Part shown: positions 17,760 through 28,437 of the stretch, piece by piece
How positions within the stretch are numbered: the stretch's first letter is position 1
Layout of the letters: each line of letters starts with the position of its first letter
Source of the DNA: Candidatus Marinacidobacterales bacterium
Lineage (GTDB): Bacteria > Acidobacteriota > Vicinamibacteria > Marinacidobacterales > SMYC01
Length of the DNA: 64,000 nt
Reading direction: 5' to 3'
NCBI GenBank assembly: GCA_965237955.1
Contig: OZ250169.1
Coordinates: forward strand, 4,960,001 to 5,024,000
Position numbers and translations under genes: made by a program
Notes under the pieces: model-generated
Told to the model about the DNA's origin: nothing
Database searches by the model: none
What the model saw: only the letters and a program-made list of their open reading frames with translations

Positions 17760-20528
17760 ATGCCCACCATTATCGACAAGTTGCTCAACCGAGACACGGA
17801 GACCAAGCCTTCCGCCGAGGAGCTCCGACAAATCGCCGACCTCGCTCAGGAGGAAACCACCCGCCTCGCGCAGCTCATCGACCAGGCTCGACGGGAGCTG
17901 GAAGCCAAGGCCGGCATGCAGGAGTCCATCAAGTCAGTCGAGTCCCGCATCTCGTCTGCGGATGGCACTCTGAAAGCGTTCGAACAACGCGCTACAGCAG
18001 CGCGCGAAATGACCGAGGCGTCGGCCGAGCTCGAAGGCCGTATCGGAACGCTCGATCAGCTCGTAACCTCTGCCGATGCGCGGATCCGCCAAGTGGAGGC
18101 GCGCAACGGAAAGCTGAGCGAAGCGCGGGCGAGCATCGAGAAGCTCATCTCGTCGAGCGTCGAAGCGGATGCGAAAGTTGCGAGCTTCAAGAATCAGGCG
18201 AAAGCAGTCGCGGGCGTTCAGGGCGACGTCCAGCGGGTGAAGGGCGGTCTCGACCAGCTCGAAGAGCAGTTCGGCCTCATTCGTGACGACTACGAGCGAC
18301 TGCAGGATACGATCTCGACACTTCGCAAGGAATCCGGCAACATCGACGACAAAGCGCGTTTCGTGAAAACCGAGCTCGCGCGCGCCGAAGACATCACCCA
18401 CCGCGTCGAAGACGTTGTCAAGAGCCTGACGAACTCACAGGCGCTCTCCAAATCCACCCAGGATCAGCTGCGGCAGTTGAATGCGCTCGCGCAGCACGTG
18501 AACCAGAAGCTCCGCTCCCTCGGCGCCACAAAAGAGCTCGTCGATCGAGCCAGCGGCCAGTTGAACGAAGTCAACGAGCTCGTGTGGGACATGGATCGCA
18601 AGCTCAAGAAAACGGCCGAGGAGAGCCAGTGGCTCAAAGAGATCGAAGGCAACGTCGAGCGGTTCCAAGAGCTGCAACAGCAGTTCGCGAATGACTTGCA
18701 GGCGTCCCGCGAGCAGAAGAGCCAGTTCACCGAAGAGGTCGCGAAGCTCAAAGCGGACATCGCGGGAGCTCTAGGGGAGATTCAACAGCGACTCGAGAGC
18801 GCCGCATTGCTCAAGGAAGAAGTCGAGGTTGCGAACCGGCGCGCGATGGAGGTCTACGACAACATCGCCAAGCTTGAAGAGCACTTGAAGGCGCTCGCGA
18901 ACAAGGACGACACGATTCGCACGGCGATACAGCAGGCCGACGAGCTGAGCTCACGTCTCGATGCCCAGAGAAAAGATGTCGAAGGCATCGAAACCAAGGT
19001 GCAGTCGCTCAAGAACTTCGACGAGCGTCTCAATTCGATGAAGGCGCTTGCGGACAAGGTCTCGGAGCAAGCGCAAGCCGTGGCCGCCAGCGAGAACATG
19101 GTCAAGGAGACCCGTGACCAGATCGCCGAGTTTGGTGAGACCCGCGCCGCGCTTAGTGACGAGCTCGAGCAGTTGAAGCGGAGTCACGAGGACGTCGAAA
19201 AAGCACGCCACCTCGTGACCGAATTCAGAAAGGCCGCCGTGGCCGCGGAAGCCTCGGTTCGGGAAATGACACCCAGGCTCCAGATCGTCGACGCGGTTCA
19301 GTCCCGGTTGGCGACCCTCGACAATCTGTCGTCGAAGCTCGAGACGCGGATCGAAGAGCTTCGACCACGTGCGGAGTTCGTGGAGAGCGTCGAGGCGCGC
19401 TTGAACCGTCTAGGCGAGATCAGCAAGGAGGTCGACGGTCGTATCGATAGTCAGCTCTCGCGTAAGAGCGAGCTCGATTCGATGAAGGTGTCCCAGGAGG
19501 GTTTATCGGCGCACGTCAAGGACCTACAGAAGCTGGTGACGTCCCTGAAGGAAGACAAGAGCTTGCCGCAGATGGAAGAGCGCACCGTGTCGATGGCGAG
19601 CAGGCTCGAGTCGTTCGACGAAAAGCTCCAGGCGTTCGAGCTCATGGAACAGGCATTTCAGGATCGCGAGAAACGCGCCGAGGAGCTCGGCGACTACTTG
19701 GCGGGCTTGCAGAGCACCGTCGGGCAGAACAATGACCGCGTGAGCGTCTTGAACGAAGAGCTCGGCCGCCTCAACGACGGACGCCGTGAGTGGTTGCAGG
19801 AAGTTCACCGCGTGGGCGAAGAGCAGAAATCCGTTCAGGCGCAATCGAAAGCCACCAACGAACAGCTTGCCGAGCTTCGCGCGCTCACTGCCGAGCTCGA
19901 GCAAAAACGCGCCGAGCTACAAGCTTCGGAACAGCGCATTGCGAAACACGAGGAGAGGCTAGCGAAGATCGAGGGGATGATGCAAGGCCTGGATGGAAAG
20001 ATCGCGGAGGTCGGCCAGAAGCAACAGTCCGTGGAACAGGTCAAACAGCAAGTGGAGAATCTCTTCGAAGCCACGGAGCAGACACGCAACGACGCGATGA
20101 ACGTCCTCGAGGCGCGCCAGGACGTGCTCGAGACCGGAAAGCGTCTCGAGTTCCTGCTGCGCGAAGCCTCGGTGCTCAACGCCAAGTACGAGGGGCTCGA
20201 GAAGCGGCGCGGAGCCATCGACCAGGCCGAGGCCAAGATGGATCACCTCGCGAACGTGATCTCCGATGTCGAAGCGAATCTCGAGAACCTCAAAGAGCAG
20301 CGAAGCGTCGTCGATCACGTTGCCGAGAAGCTGGCGCGGCTCGATTTCGCTCTACAGCGGGCCGAAGCGGCTACCCGCGAGCTTCGAGAAGAGCGTGCGC
20401 TCGCGGCTCGCATCTACAAGAACATGCAGCAGCAGAAAGCGCCGCAACCGCAGCCGCAGCAACAGCAGAAAGGTGCGGCGCCGCAACCGCAACGGCAGAG
20501 AGCATTGAAGGCTCCCAAACGCCGCTAA
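17760..20528 (+). CDS. Long coiled-coil protein of unknown function (922 aa)
   Basis: SD AGGAG before ATG 17760; E/K/Q/L/A-rich heptad composition throughout; no Walker motifs or TM helix; Q/P-rich tail. Confidence 0.85.
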   Translation: MPTIIDKLLNRDTETKPSAEELRQIADLAQEETTRLAQLIDQARRELEAKAGMQESIKSVESRISSADGTLKAFEQRATAAREMTEASAELEGRIGTLDQLVTSADARIRQVEARNGKLSEARASIEKLISSSVEADAKVASFKNQAKAVAGVQGDVQRVKGGLDQLEEQFGLIRDDYERLQDTISTLRKESGNIDDKARFVKTELARAEDITHRVEDVVKSLTNSQALSKSTQDQLRQLNALAQHVNQKLRSLGATKELVDRASGQLNEVNELVWDMDRKLKKTAEESQWLKEIEGNVERFQELQQQFANDLQASREQKSQFTEEVAKLKADIAGALGEIQQRLESAALLKEEVEVANRRAMEVYDNIAKLEEHLKALANKDDTIRTAIQQADELSSRLDAQRKDVEGIETKVQSLKNFDERLNSMKALADKVSEQAQAVAASENMVKETRDQIAEFGETRAALSDELEQLKRSHEDVEKARHLVTEFRKAAVAAEASVREMTPRLQIVDAVQSRLATLDNLSSKLETRIEELRPRAEFVESVEARLNRLGEISKEVDGRIDSQLSRKSELDSMKVSQEGLSAHVKDLQKLVTSLKEDKSLPQMEERTVSMASRLESFDEKLQAFELMEQAFQDREKRAEELGDYLAGLQSTVGQNNDRVSVLNEELGRLNDGRREWLQEVHRVGEEQKSVQAQSKATNEQLAELRALTAELEQKRAELQASEQRIAKHEERLAKIEGMMQGLDGKIAEVGQKQQSVEQVKQQVENLFEATEQTRNDAMNVLEARQDVLETGKRLEFLLREASVLNAKYEGLEKRRGAIDQAEAKMDHLANVISDVEANLENLKEQRSVVDHVAEKLARLDFALQRAEAATRELREERALAARIYKNMQQQKAPQPQPQQQQKGAAPQPQRQRALKAPKRR

Positions 20529-20533
20529 CGTCT

Positions 20534-20938
20534 CTATTCCACGAGCTCGATAACGGTGTCGATGTCGATGTCGTTTCTGAGCGTGTGGAACACGCTGCAG
20601 TATTTGTCGAAGGACAGCTTGACCGCGCGCTCGGCCTTGTCGCGCGGAACGTCGCCTCGAATCCGGATTTGTAGGCGCATGCGATGGAAGTAGCGCGGGG
20701 GCTCGGCCACGCGCTCGCCTTCGACGGTGATGCTCAACCCTTCGAGACCGACGCGCATCTTCTCGAGGATGACGACGACGTCGATTCCCATGCACGCTCC
20801 GAGCGACGACAGGAGCGCTTCGGTAGGTGAGAAGCCGCTCTCGGTGTCGCCGTTGAGAGTCAAGCTCGAACCGGATGCGTCGGTTGTATCGAATCGTTGC
20901 CCAGATACCCACGCGAGCTCGACGCGAGTGGTGGTCAC
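20534..20938 (-). CDS. OsmC family protein
   Basis: SPTEALLSSLGAC...SFDKYCSV two-Cys motif. Confidence 0.9.
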   Translation of the reverse strand: MTTTRVELAWVSGQRFDTTDASGSSLTLNGDTESGFSPTEALLSSLGACMGIDVVVILEKMRVGLEGLSITVEGERVAEPPRYFHRMRLQIRIRGDVPRDKAERAVKLSFDKYCSVFHTLRNDIDIDTVIELVE

Positions 20939-20939
20939 G

Positions 20940-22169
20940 TCACGGCGCTCCTAGAACCAAAGAGACATTGGTGCCGCCGAAGCCGAACGAGTTCGAAAGC
21001 GCAATGCTCATCGACTTGTCGGTCGGCTCCAAGACGGGCGGATAGTCAACGAGCTCGGGGTCGAGCGGCAACGCGTTCACACTCGGCGCGATCCAACCGT
21101 CGCGCATCATCGCCATCGTGAAGACCGTCTCGATCGCACCCGCGGCGCTCACCGGATGGCCGGTGTAACCCTTGGTCGACGAGTACGCGATCTTGCGCTC
21201 ACCGAAGAGCTGCCGCATCGCCCGCACCTCGGACAAATCGCCGAGGGGTGTCGATGTGCCGTGGGTGTTGATGTAGTCGATGTCATCGGGCTCGATGCCG
21301 GCATCGTTCAAAGCGTTCTTCATGGCGGCGAAGGCCCCTTCCCATGACGGTGCGACCATTTCGCCCACGCCATCGGAGCTCATCCCGAAACCTTTGAGCA
21401 CGCCGAGGATGGGCGCGCCGCGCTTTTCCGCTACCTCACGTGCCTCGAGAATGACGATGCCGGCGCCTTCGGAGAAGATGAACCCGGCGCGGTCCTTCGC
21501 GTAGGGACGCGACGCGCGCTCGGGGTGGTCGTTGTCTTGCCCGTTGTACGCGCGCATCGAGTCGAATCCGGCGTAAAAGTGTGGGTCGGCGACCTCCACC
21601 CCTCCCGCGAGCGCGGCGTCGATGATCCCGATCTCGATGAACCCCGCGGCGAGCAAGATGTTGTAGGCGCCGCCGGAGCACGCCGCGCTCGCCGTGAACG
21701 ACGGCCCTTTCGTGCGTAGCGCGTTGACGAGGTTCGCCGAGACGGTCGAAGCCATCAACTTGGGAATGACGGTGGCGGAGATACGTCGCATGCCGTGTTG
21801 TTCGAGTTGTGCCGCGACCTCGCGGTGGCTTTCGACGTTGCCGGCGCCGCTTCCGACGATGACGGCGAGCGGGGTCGGGTCGACGCCCGATTGCTTCAAG
21901 GCGTGCCGTGCCGCCTTCAGCGCGAGCTTCGGTGCGCGGCCCATGAACCGCGCTTGCTGCTTGGTGAGGTCGAGGTCGTTGAGCTCGAGCTCACCCGGAT
22001 ACAGCCCGATGATTTGGCAGCGGCCGCCGTAGCGGACCGCTTCGTCATACGTTACGAAAGGAGTGTTCTTTCCGGAGCGAAGTTCCGCGGTGATCTGGTC
22101 GAGATCGTCGCCGAAATGGCAGCAAACACCCGCCCCGGTCACGACGATCTCTCTGGTGTGTCGCGTCAT
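20940..22169 (-). CDS. Beta-ketoacyl-ACP synthase (FabB/FabF family)
   Basis: AACSGG, INTHGTST, STKGYTGH, SNSFGFGG (Cys-His-His triad). Confidence 0.93.
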   Translation of the reverse strand: MTRHTREIVVTGAGVCCHFGDDLDQITAELRSGKNTPFVTYDEAVRYGGRCQIIGLYPGELELNDLDLTKQQARFMGRAPKLALKAARHALKQSGVDPTPLAVIVGSGAGNVESHREVAAQLEQHGMRRISATVIPKLMASTVSANLVNALRTKGPSFTASAACSGGAYNILLAAGFIEIGIIDAALAGGVEVADPHFYAGFDSMRAYNGQDNDHPERASRPYAKDRAGFIFSEGAGIVILEAREVAEKRGAPILGVLKGFGMSSDGVGEMVAPSWEGAFAAMKNALNDAGIEPDDIDYINTHGTSTPLGDLSEVRAMRQLFGERKIAYSSTKGYTGHPVSAAGAIETVFTMAMMRDGWIAPSVNALPLDPELVDYPPVLEPTDKSMSIALSNSFGFGGTNVSLVLGAP

Positions 22170-22369
22170 AGGCGGAGTAGTTTATCCTATCCGCGATGAA
22201 GCGACGGGAACAGGCCACGGGCAGGGGAGCGTTTGGAAGTCCGACGTTAAACGCGCGCTCGCGAAGAAAGTGCTCACGCGCGCCCGCGCCCTCGGCATTC
22301 GCTGCATGTCCGTGTTGTCGTACGGTGGCTTTCCCGAACCGGTCCGCGCCTTATCCGCGCGCATCGATG

Positions 22370-22547
22370 ATTCGCGCCCGACATTGCGAATCGTCTCGAG
22401 GGTCGCGTTCCGCTGCGCCCACGTGCCCTCGGCGCTGTCCAAAGGCACCGCCCCTCGTCGAGGTGGGATCACGATCTTGATGTCCGCGGTGCCGACCTCA
22501 CCGAGCAGCTCGTACACCGACCGAGTATCGTAGGCCCCATCGGCGGT
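22370..22547 (-). mobile_element. IS5 family (IS903-like) transposase fragment
   Basis: TADGAYDTRSVYE...IVIPPRRGA...QRNATLETIRNVGR. Confidence 0.75.
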
Positions 22548-25342
22548 TCATCGTCTACGGGCTCTCCTCACCCTCGTTCGGGCTTTTCTTTCATCACGAT
22601 CAGGGTATTCATCGACGATGGTAGCGGTCCATCGAATCGTGCCCCTCTCAATGGGCGTGTAGGATGGGAACTCGTACCTGGCCCGACTACGTGATTCCGG
22701 TGCGACCAACAGACTCTCGCGATAAACCTCGACCCTGTTCTGTACACCAACGACGGTGGCCACTCTGGCACCTTCACCCGTGACTCGGCTCCGAACCACC
22801 ATCTTGATCTGGACGCCCCCAGCGCCCAGTCTCACGGCCCGGCTCACTTTGAAACGGGCGATGTCGAGGTCCAGATCGACGTCTTCAGCTGGGCAAGACT
22901 CGAGCGCAACGTCGTCGATGAAGAAGCTGGAAGATGCGTGGGCTCCTCCTGCATCGAAACCCGTCGTGCGCGATTCGATACGGAGTCGATGCGTTCCGTC
23001 ATCGCCAAACGTGGAGACATCCCGCTCGATCTGAACGTAACCGCCGGCGTAGGCCGGCTCGCCCTCGAGCACGGAGAAGACTTCCGTGCCATCCAGGAGA
23101 ACCCTGGCGAAATCGACGCCGTTGTCACTCGACGTCGGAATCCAGAGAGAGAATTTCAAGGTCGCGGATCCGCGGGGGATGGTTAGCGTTTGCTCGACGG
23201 CACCTTCCTCGACGCCTCCCGCGAAACCCCCGAACCAGAGGTCCAGTCCCCGGTCCGCGCGAAGGCTGAGCCACAGGTGTCGCCATCGCACAGGGGCGTC
23301 AAGAAGTTGCTCGAGAATTCGCTCCAGTGAGGACTCGGGGTGCCATCTTCGAAGCCTCCGTCCGCTACGGCATCGACACAGCTCAGTGCACTGGCGGTCC
23401 GAAAGCTCCACATCGGCCCGTTGCTCGTCGCTCCCTCGCTATCGTGCGCGACAACCCTCCAGTAGTACACCGCGCCATCCACGAGCGTGTCCGGATCACA
23501 GCTCGTCGTGGGCTGGTCGAAGCTCGCAAGCGGCGGATCAATCGATGTGCCGAAGTGGACGTCGTAGGTCACCGTATCGCCCGGGTCCGGATCCCCGCCT
23601 GTCCACGATAGGGTCACTACGGTGGAAACGTCAATTTCTCCGGCCGTCGGCGACGGACTGGATGGAATGGACGGAGGTAGGTTGAAGCTACCTTCCTGCT
23701 CTACGGAGAAAGTCAAACCGGCGATGGTCATCGTACTGCTTCGGGCCGAGCCCGGGTTGACGTCCACGATATAGGTGTTGATGCCGTCGCCTGCTCCGCC
23801 GCTTGGCGAGTCCACGTGGATCCAGGCCGCGTGGCTCTCGGCGGTCCAGTCGCATCTCGCGTCTGCGGTCACGGTGACGACGCCGGCGCCGCCGTCCAGC
23901 GGGAAAAACGCTGTCGTCGGGTCGATGGAAAAGCCGCAGGCTGCACCCGACGATAGGGTCACCTGAAAACCAGAAGGTGAGCTGCCGTCCACCGATATCG
24001 TGATGTCGTGCGTGTCGTCGGTGAACGTCTCTCCGGGAAGCCACATTGCGGCACCGTCGTTCGGGTCTCCGTTCCCGTCCGGATCGACCACCTGAGATTG
24101 ACGGTCGCCGCGGGTCGAGTCGACGCGGTTGATCAGGATGGCCTCGCCGGGGGTTTGGTCGTCGTATCCCACGAAGCGTCGTGCCTCGACGGTATAGAAC
24201 TCGGTGCCCGATCCGGCGATGGGAACTTTCGCCATGAGATAGCCGTCGCCGGAGATGGGTCCGCCCAAAGGCTCCAGGGTGATGGACTGCCTGCTCCCGT
24301 CGATGGCGACATACTGACGCGAGGGGGGAATCCATCCCATCAAGTCCATGTGATGCGCGACGGTATGGACTCCCAAACAACCGAATTCGGCGTGCGACGG
24401 TGAGCATATTCCGCCGGTGCTCATCACATCCCACTTAGAGTCGTAGGGTGTCGCGTACGGACCCGAGGAGTGGGGTAGTCCGAAACCGTGTCCCATTTCG
24501 TGACCCATGACGCTTTGATTCTCGTAGGCGAACGGCGGCATCCACGTCGTGCTGTAGGTCTTCACCAGTCCGTCCCGATCGAGTACATGAGCTCCGCCCC
24601 AGGCGCAGCAGTCGAGGCTGTCATTGAAGACCAAGTGGATGCCGGCGAAGTCGGGAAAGAACACATCCGCGTCCGCGACCCCGGTGCAATCTTGGGCGAG
24701 ACCATCGAAGCTGATGCCAGGCATGCCGATATCGTCGAAGACGTAATCGGATCTCGGACGAGGCAAGTCATACCACCCGGCGACGACGCTACCGGTCAAG
24801 TTGACGTTGTCGTAGGAGACTTCTCTCCAAAAGTGATCCATTCCGGGCCTGGAACTACCCATCAAGTTTTCGAAATAGGATCGGGGCTGCGGGGTCACCG
24901 AGGCAGAGTCGGAAAAACGACACAGGATCGTCACCCAGGGCTGCGACCCACTCACCGCCATCGGTAGAGACGGATCGGCCGATAAGGCCGCAGGCTCATC
25001 CAGTTGGATCGATAGAGGCCGAAGCGGAGCGGGGCGAGACCCGACGTCGTCGAGAGCGATCGCTCGCTCGTCGATAATGACCGTCACTCGCCTGCGGTCC
25101 AGACCCGCCGGCCCCCCGAGATTCCTGAGCTGAGCCTCGCTGAGATCGAGCTCCGTCACCCGACCCTGGTCGTCGGCAACGACATACCTTGCGAGCGCGA
25201 TTCCGGATCCCGGGGGGCCGTCCCCCCGAATCACCGAGGCCGTGCCTGATAAGAACCTCTCCTGGGCGGAGGCCTCTTCGCCCGCGAATTGCCAGGTCAA
25301 CAACAAAGCGATAACCGCGGAAACGGTCCGAGCTAATCTCAT
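22548..25342 (-). CDS. Secreted M6/M11-like zinc metalloprotease with BACON and Fn3-like domains (frameshift near 23250)
   Basis: Signal peptide, HEMGHGFGLPH, WDVMS Met-turn, C.FSIDPT...CDWTAES..WI BACON repeat; C-terminal module continues in ORF 22548..23411. Confidence 0.8.
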
Positions 25343-25799
25343 GGCTATTTCCTGTCTACGGCACTTTGCGGCTCGAGACGCCTGGAGCCTTCGGCTGGGA
25401 GTGTGGCGCCTGGTACGACGCTCAACGCGTCCTCGTTGTTATTCCTTCGTAGTGTCTGGCCGTCATGCCTATCGATATAGCAAGAACTCTGCCAGCCTCA
25501 CGATGTGCACGGCTCACCGCGAGAGTTGCGTGAAACGGGGAGAAACCGAGTGGATCGCACCAAAAGGATTCGGAGCGAATACGATTTTCATACGCTCGGA
25601 GCGTAACGTCGTTCGATGGGAGCGTGAGCGCTGTCACGAACGAAGATGGTTTTGTGATCTGTATCATGCGTCTGTTGGACCGAGAAGAGCGTTGCGCTTT
25701 TCTCGATAGAGGTGACGCTTTTGGAAGGAGCGAAAGTCGAGAGCGTTAAAAACCAGGGGGTGCGGCAAACACGGCGGCTGGACTGACGTACGCTCCAGC

Positions 25800-25913
25800 C
25801 ATGAAATCTCCCGGATCTATCAGTACAACTTCATTGACAACTCGGAGCTGGAGAATCGCGTCGAAGAGATTCTACCGCTCGAAGCGGGCCGCCTTTACCC
25901 GGTTTGCATAGGC
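25800..25913 (+). pseudogene. Plasmid pRiA4b ORF-3-like fragment
   Basis: YQYNFIDNSELENRVEEILPLEAGRLYPVCIG resembles YEYDFGDxWxHxIxxE...YPxCIxG. Confidence 0.5.
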
Positions 25914-25926
25914 TCTCGTATGTCCG

Positions 25927-26030
25927 TTGAAGGCGGTGTTGCCTGAGCACACGAGCCCGGAACTGCTCTATCTAGAAACGAAATGGGCCTCGTTAATGCC
26001 CTATCGCACCGCAGCCACAATGCTGCGAGA
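25927..26030 (+). mobile_element. ISKra4-family transposase fragment
   Basis: LPEHTSPELLYLETKWASLMPYRTAATMLRE. Confidence 0.65.
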
Positions 26031-26114
26031 GTCGAAGAAGAGGTCGAAAGCCTCGGCCTCGCCCGCTAACATGCTGTCAACGAGCGCTTTGTCATTTCCT
26101 CGCGCCTCGGTCAT
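26030..26114 (-). pseudogene. ECF sigma factor N-terminal stub
   Basis: MTEARGNDKALVDSMLAGEAEAFDLFFD, cut at the IS fragment. Confidence 0.5.
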
Positions 26115-26249
26115 TTCGCTCCAACCGTTAGAGGCGTCCAGCACGTTCAATCCTTCGCAAAAAAGAGCAGATTCTCCTGAAAGTATACGACGGGGCGTTT
26201 GGCATTGTTCTAGTGTGCCTGATTGCACTGCAAATCAGGGGCTCATACA

Positions 26250-26469
26250 ATCCAAAGTGACGGCTTTTGCCGAGGCCCTCTCCGGTCCGACGACGCCGCC
26301 GGGCGAGCGGGTGCAGCTCCACAACGCGCCGGGGTCGGAGACCGGTCCGGGGCAGGTCGTCACCTGGGGAAAGGCCAACGACAATCGCGTCGACGCCTTC
26401 GGATTCCAGTGGGACTGGGCGGGGAAGTCGGCTGCGCACATTCCGTTTGACTGGACCGGCCCGGCGTGA
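26250..26469 (+). pseudogene. DUF1326-like C-terminal fragment
   Basis: TWGKA...DAFGFQWDWAGKSAAHIPFDWTGP; no N-terminal part. Confidence 0.5.
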
Positions 26470-26587
26470 GCCTGCGCTACTGAGAGCGCGACTGTGGCGC
26501 TCAGCTACCCGTCATCTCCTTCATCACCGAGCAGAAGCTGACCCTACGGGCATCCGGATTAATGAATGATGAGGGACAACCGCCGTC

Positions 26588-28078
26588 TCAGCCTCGCGGG
26601 TGCTCGTCGAGCCGCGAAAGCAAGTCCGCCAGCGGCACCGTCGCGATGCCCACGCCCATGTCCGAGAAGCCGTAGGGGAGGACCAGCCGTCCGTTGTGGA
26701 CGATCGCCCCGCACGTGTACGCGACGTTCGGGACGTAGCCGTCGCGCTCGTCCTGCTCGGCCACTAGGAACGGCTCGTTGAGCTTCCCAATGACGCGCTG
26801 TGGATCGTCCAGATCGAGCAGCATCGCCCCGATCACGTAGCGGCGCATCGGTCCGACGCCGTGCGTCAGAACGAGCCATCCCGCTTCGGTCTCGATCGGT
26901 GACCCACAATTCCCGATCTGGATGATCTCCCACCAGCTCTGCGGCGTCTGAAGCCTTTCCGCCTCGTGCCAGAACCGGATGTCGTCGGAGGTCATGACGT
27001 GGATGTTCTTGCTGTCGTGGCGCGAGAGCATCGCGAACTTCCCGTCGATGCGCCGGGGGAACAGCGCCATTCCCTTGTTCGCGACGAGGTGCCCGTTCAG
27101 GGTCCGGACGCTGAAGGTGACGAAGTCAGTGGTCTCGATCAGCTGCGGAAGGATGTCATGTCCGTCGTAGGCCGTGTACGTCGCGTAGTATCGGACGGTC
27201 CTGTCGTCGTCGACGAAACGCACGAACCGCGCGTCCTCCATGCCACGGCTCTCATTCGGGCTGGCGGGGAAGATCACGCGCTCGGAGACCGCCGAGTCAA
27301 GTGGGAACTCGACTTCGTAGTTGGACGTCGCCAGCCAGTGTATCGCCTCGATGGTCTCGCGCCTGGTTCGCGCCCGGATCTCGCGGCGCTCCGACGAGGC
27401 GCAGGCTTCCGTCAGCTCGGTGAAGCTGAAACGATCGGCAAGAGCGTCGAGTACGGCACGCGACAGGTCGTTGTCGAGACCGAGCTCCTCGAGCTTCCTC
27501 TCGAAGACCTCCTTCTTGTAGGACGGATTCGGCGTGCGGTGCCCGGTCGAGACGAAGGGGCTCCTGGCGTCGAAAACGATCTTCCCACGCGGTCCGATCA
27601 CTCCGGAACGGAACTCGATCGACGAGATATGCCCCTCGCCGACCGCCCGCAGACTCATGACGAAGCGAAGCGCGCCTCTCGGCAGGTCCGACTGGTCGGG
27701 CGCCGGAACGAGCGACGGGTTGAACAGCGCGGCGCCTTCGATCGAGTACTCGTGCGTGAAGTAGGCGCCGATCAGAAGTCTTCGCGCAGAGGAGATCCGA
27801 TCGCCGTTCTCGAGGTGACGCGCCACGAGCTGGAAGTGGTCGTCGAGCACCTTCGTGAGGTCGCGGTGACGAGGCGAGAACGCGCCCCGGACTTCGTCCA
27901 GCAGCGCCTGAACCTGCTCCTCCGGAATCGCGAGGATCCGCTCGAGGACGAGATCGACGCGGGACTGCCCGTAGACGAAACCCTCTTCGCCCGGCACGAA
28001 CGGCCGCGTGATGACGCGTTTCGGATCGGGTAGAAACCTGTGTCGCGTCCTCGTCAGTCGCAGCTTCGCCGCCTTCAT
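26588..28078 (-). CDS. Glycoside hydrolase family 130 protein, long form
   Basis: PDPKRVITRPF, HEYSIEGAALFNPS, GMEDARFV, NKGMALFP, GNCGSPI, GYVPNVAYTCG. Confidence 0.9.
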   Translation of the reverse strand: MKAAKLRLTRTRHRFLPDPKRVITRPFVPGEEGFVYGQSRVDLVLERILAIPEEQVQALLDEVRGAFSPRHRDLTKVLDDHFQLVARHLENGDRISSARRLLIGAYFTHEYSIEGAALFNPSLVPAPDQSDLPRGALRFVMSLRAVGEGHISSIEFRSGVIGPRGKIVFDARSPFVSTGHRTPNPSYKKEVFERKLEELGLDNDLSRAVLDALADRFSFTELTEACASSERREIRARTRRETIEAIHWLATSNYEVEFPLDSAVSERVIFPASPNESRGMEDARFVRFVDDDRTVRYYATYTAYDGHDILPQLIETTDFVTFSVRTLNGHLVANKGMALFPRRIDGKFAMLSRHDSKNIHVMTSDDIRFWHEAERLQTPQSWWEIIQIGNCGSPIETEAGWLVLTHGVGPMRRYVIGAMLLDLDDPQRVIGKLNEPFLVAEQDERDGYVPNVAYTCGAIVHNGRLVLPYGFSDMGVGIATVPLADLLSRLDEHPRG

Positions 28079-28437
28079 CTCCGGCCCGTCCCCAGCGGGC
28101 GACCCTCCGCCACCGCAGGCGGCGCGCGAAGACCCTGTCCACACACTCCTGCAATGGTACCGGCTCTCTTGCTGGATGGGATGAGAGCAAGGGACCTGAA
28201 GGCGGTCGTCGCGTCCCTCTCCGCGGCGCCACCGTCGAGTCCGTCGCCGACTAGGTCGTGCATGGCGAGAAGCGCGAGGAGGAGCGAGACGAGACTCTCC
28301 GCGCCCTGGTTCTCGTTCAAGCTCGCGCAGCGGGTCGCCGGCTCGGCCACGACCGGGCGGCTCATCACGACGTACTTGAGCTACTTGCACCACTCGCAGC
28401 GCGAGGACGGGCTTTTCCACAACTTCATGGACTACCG

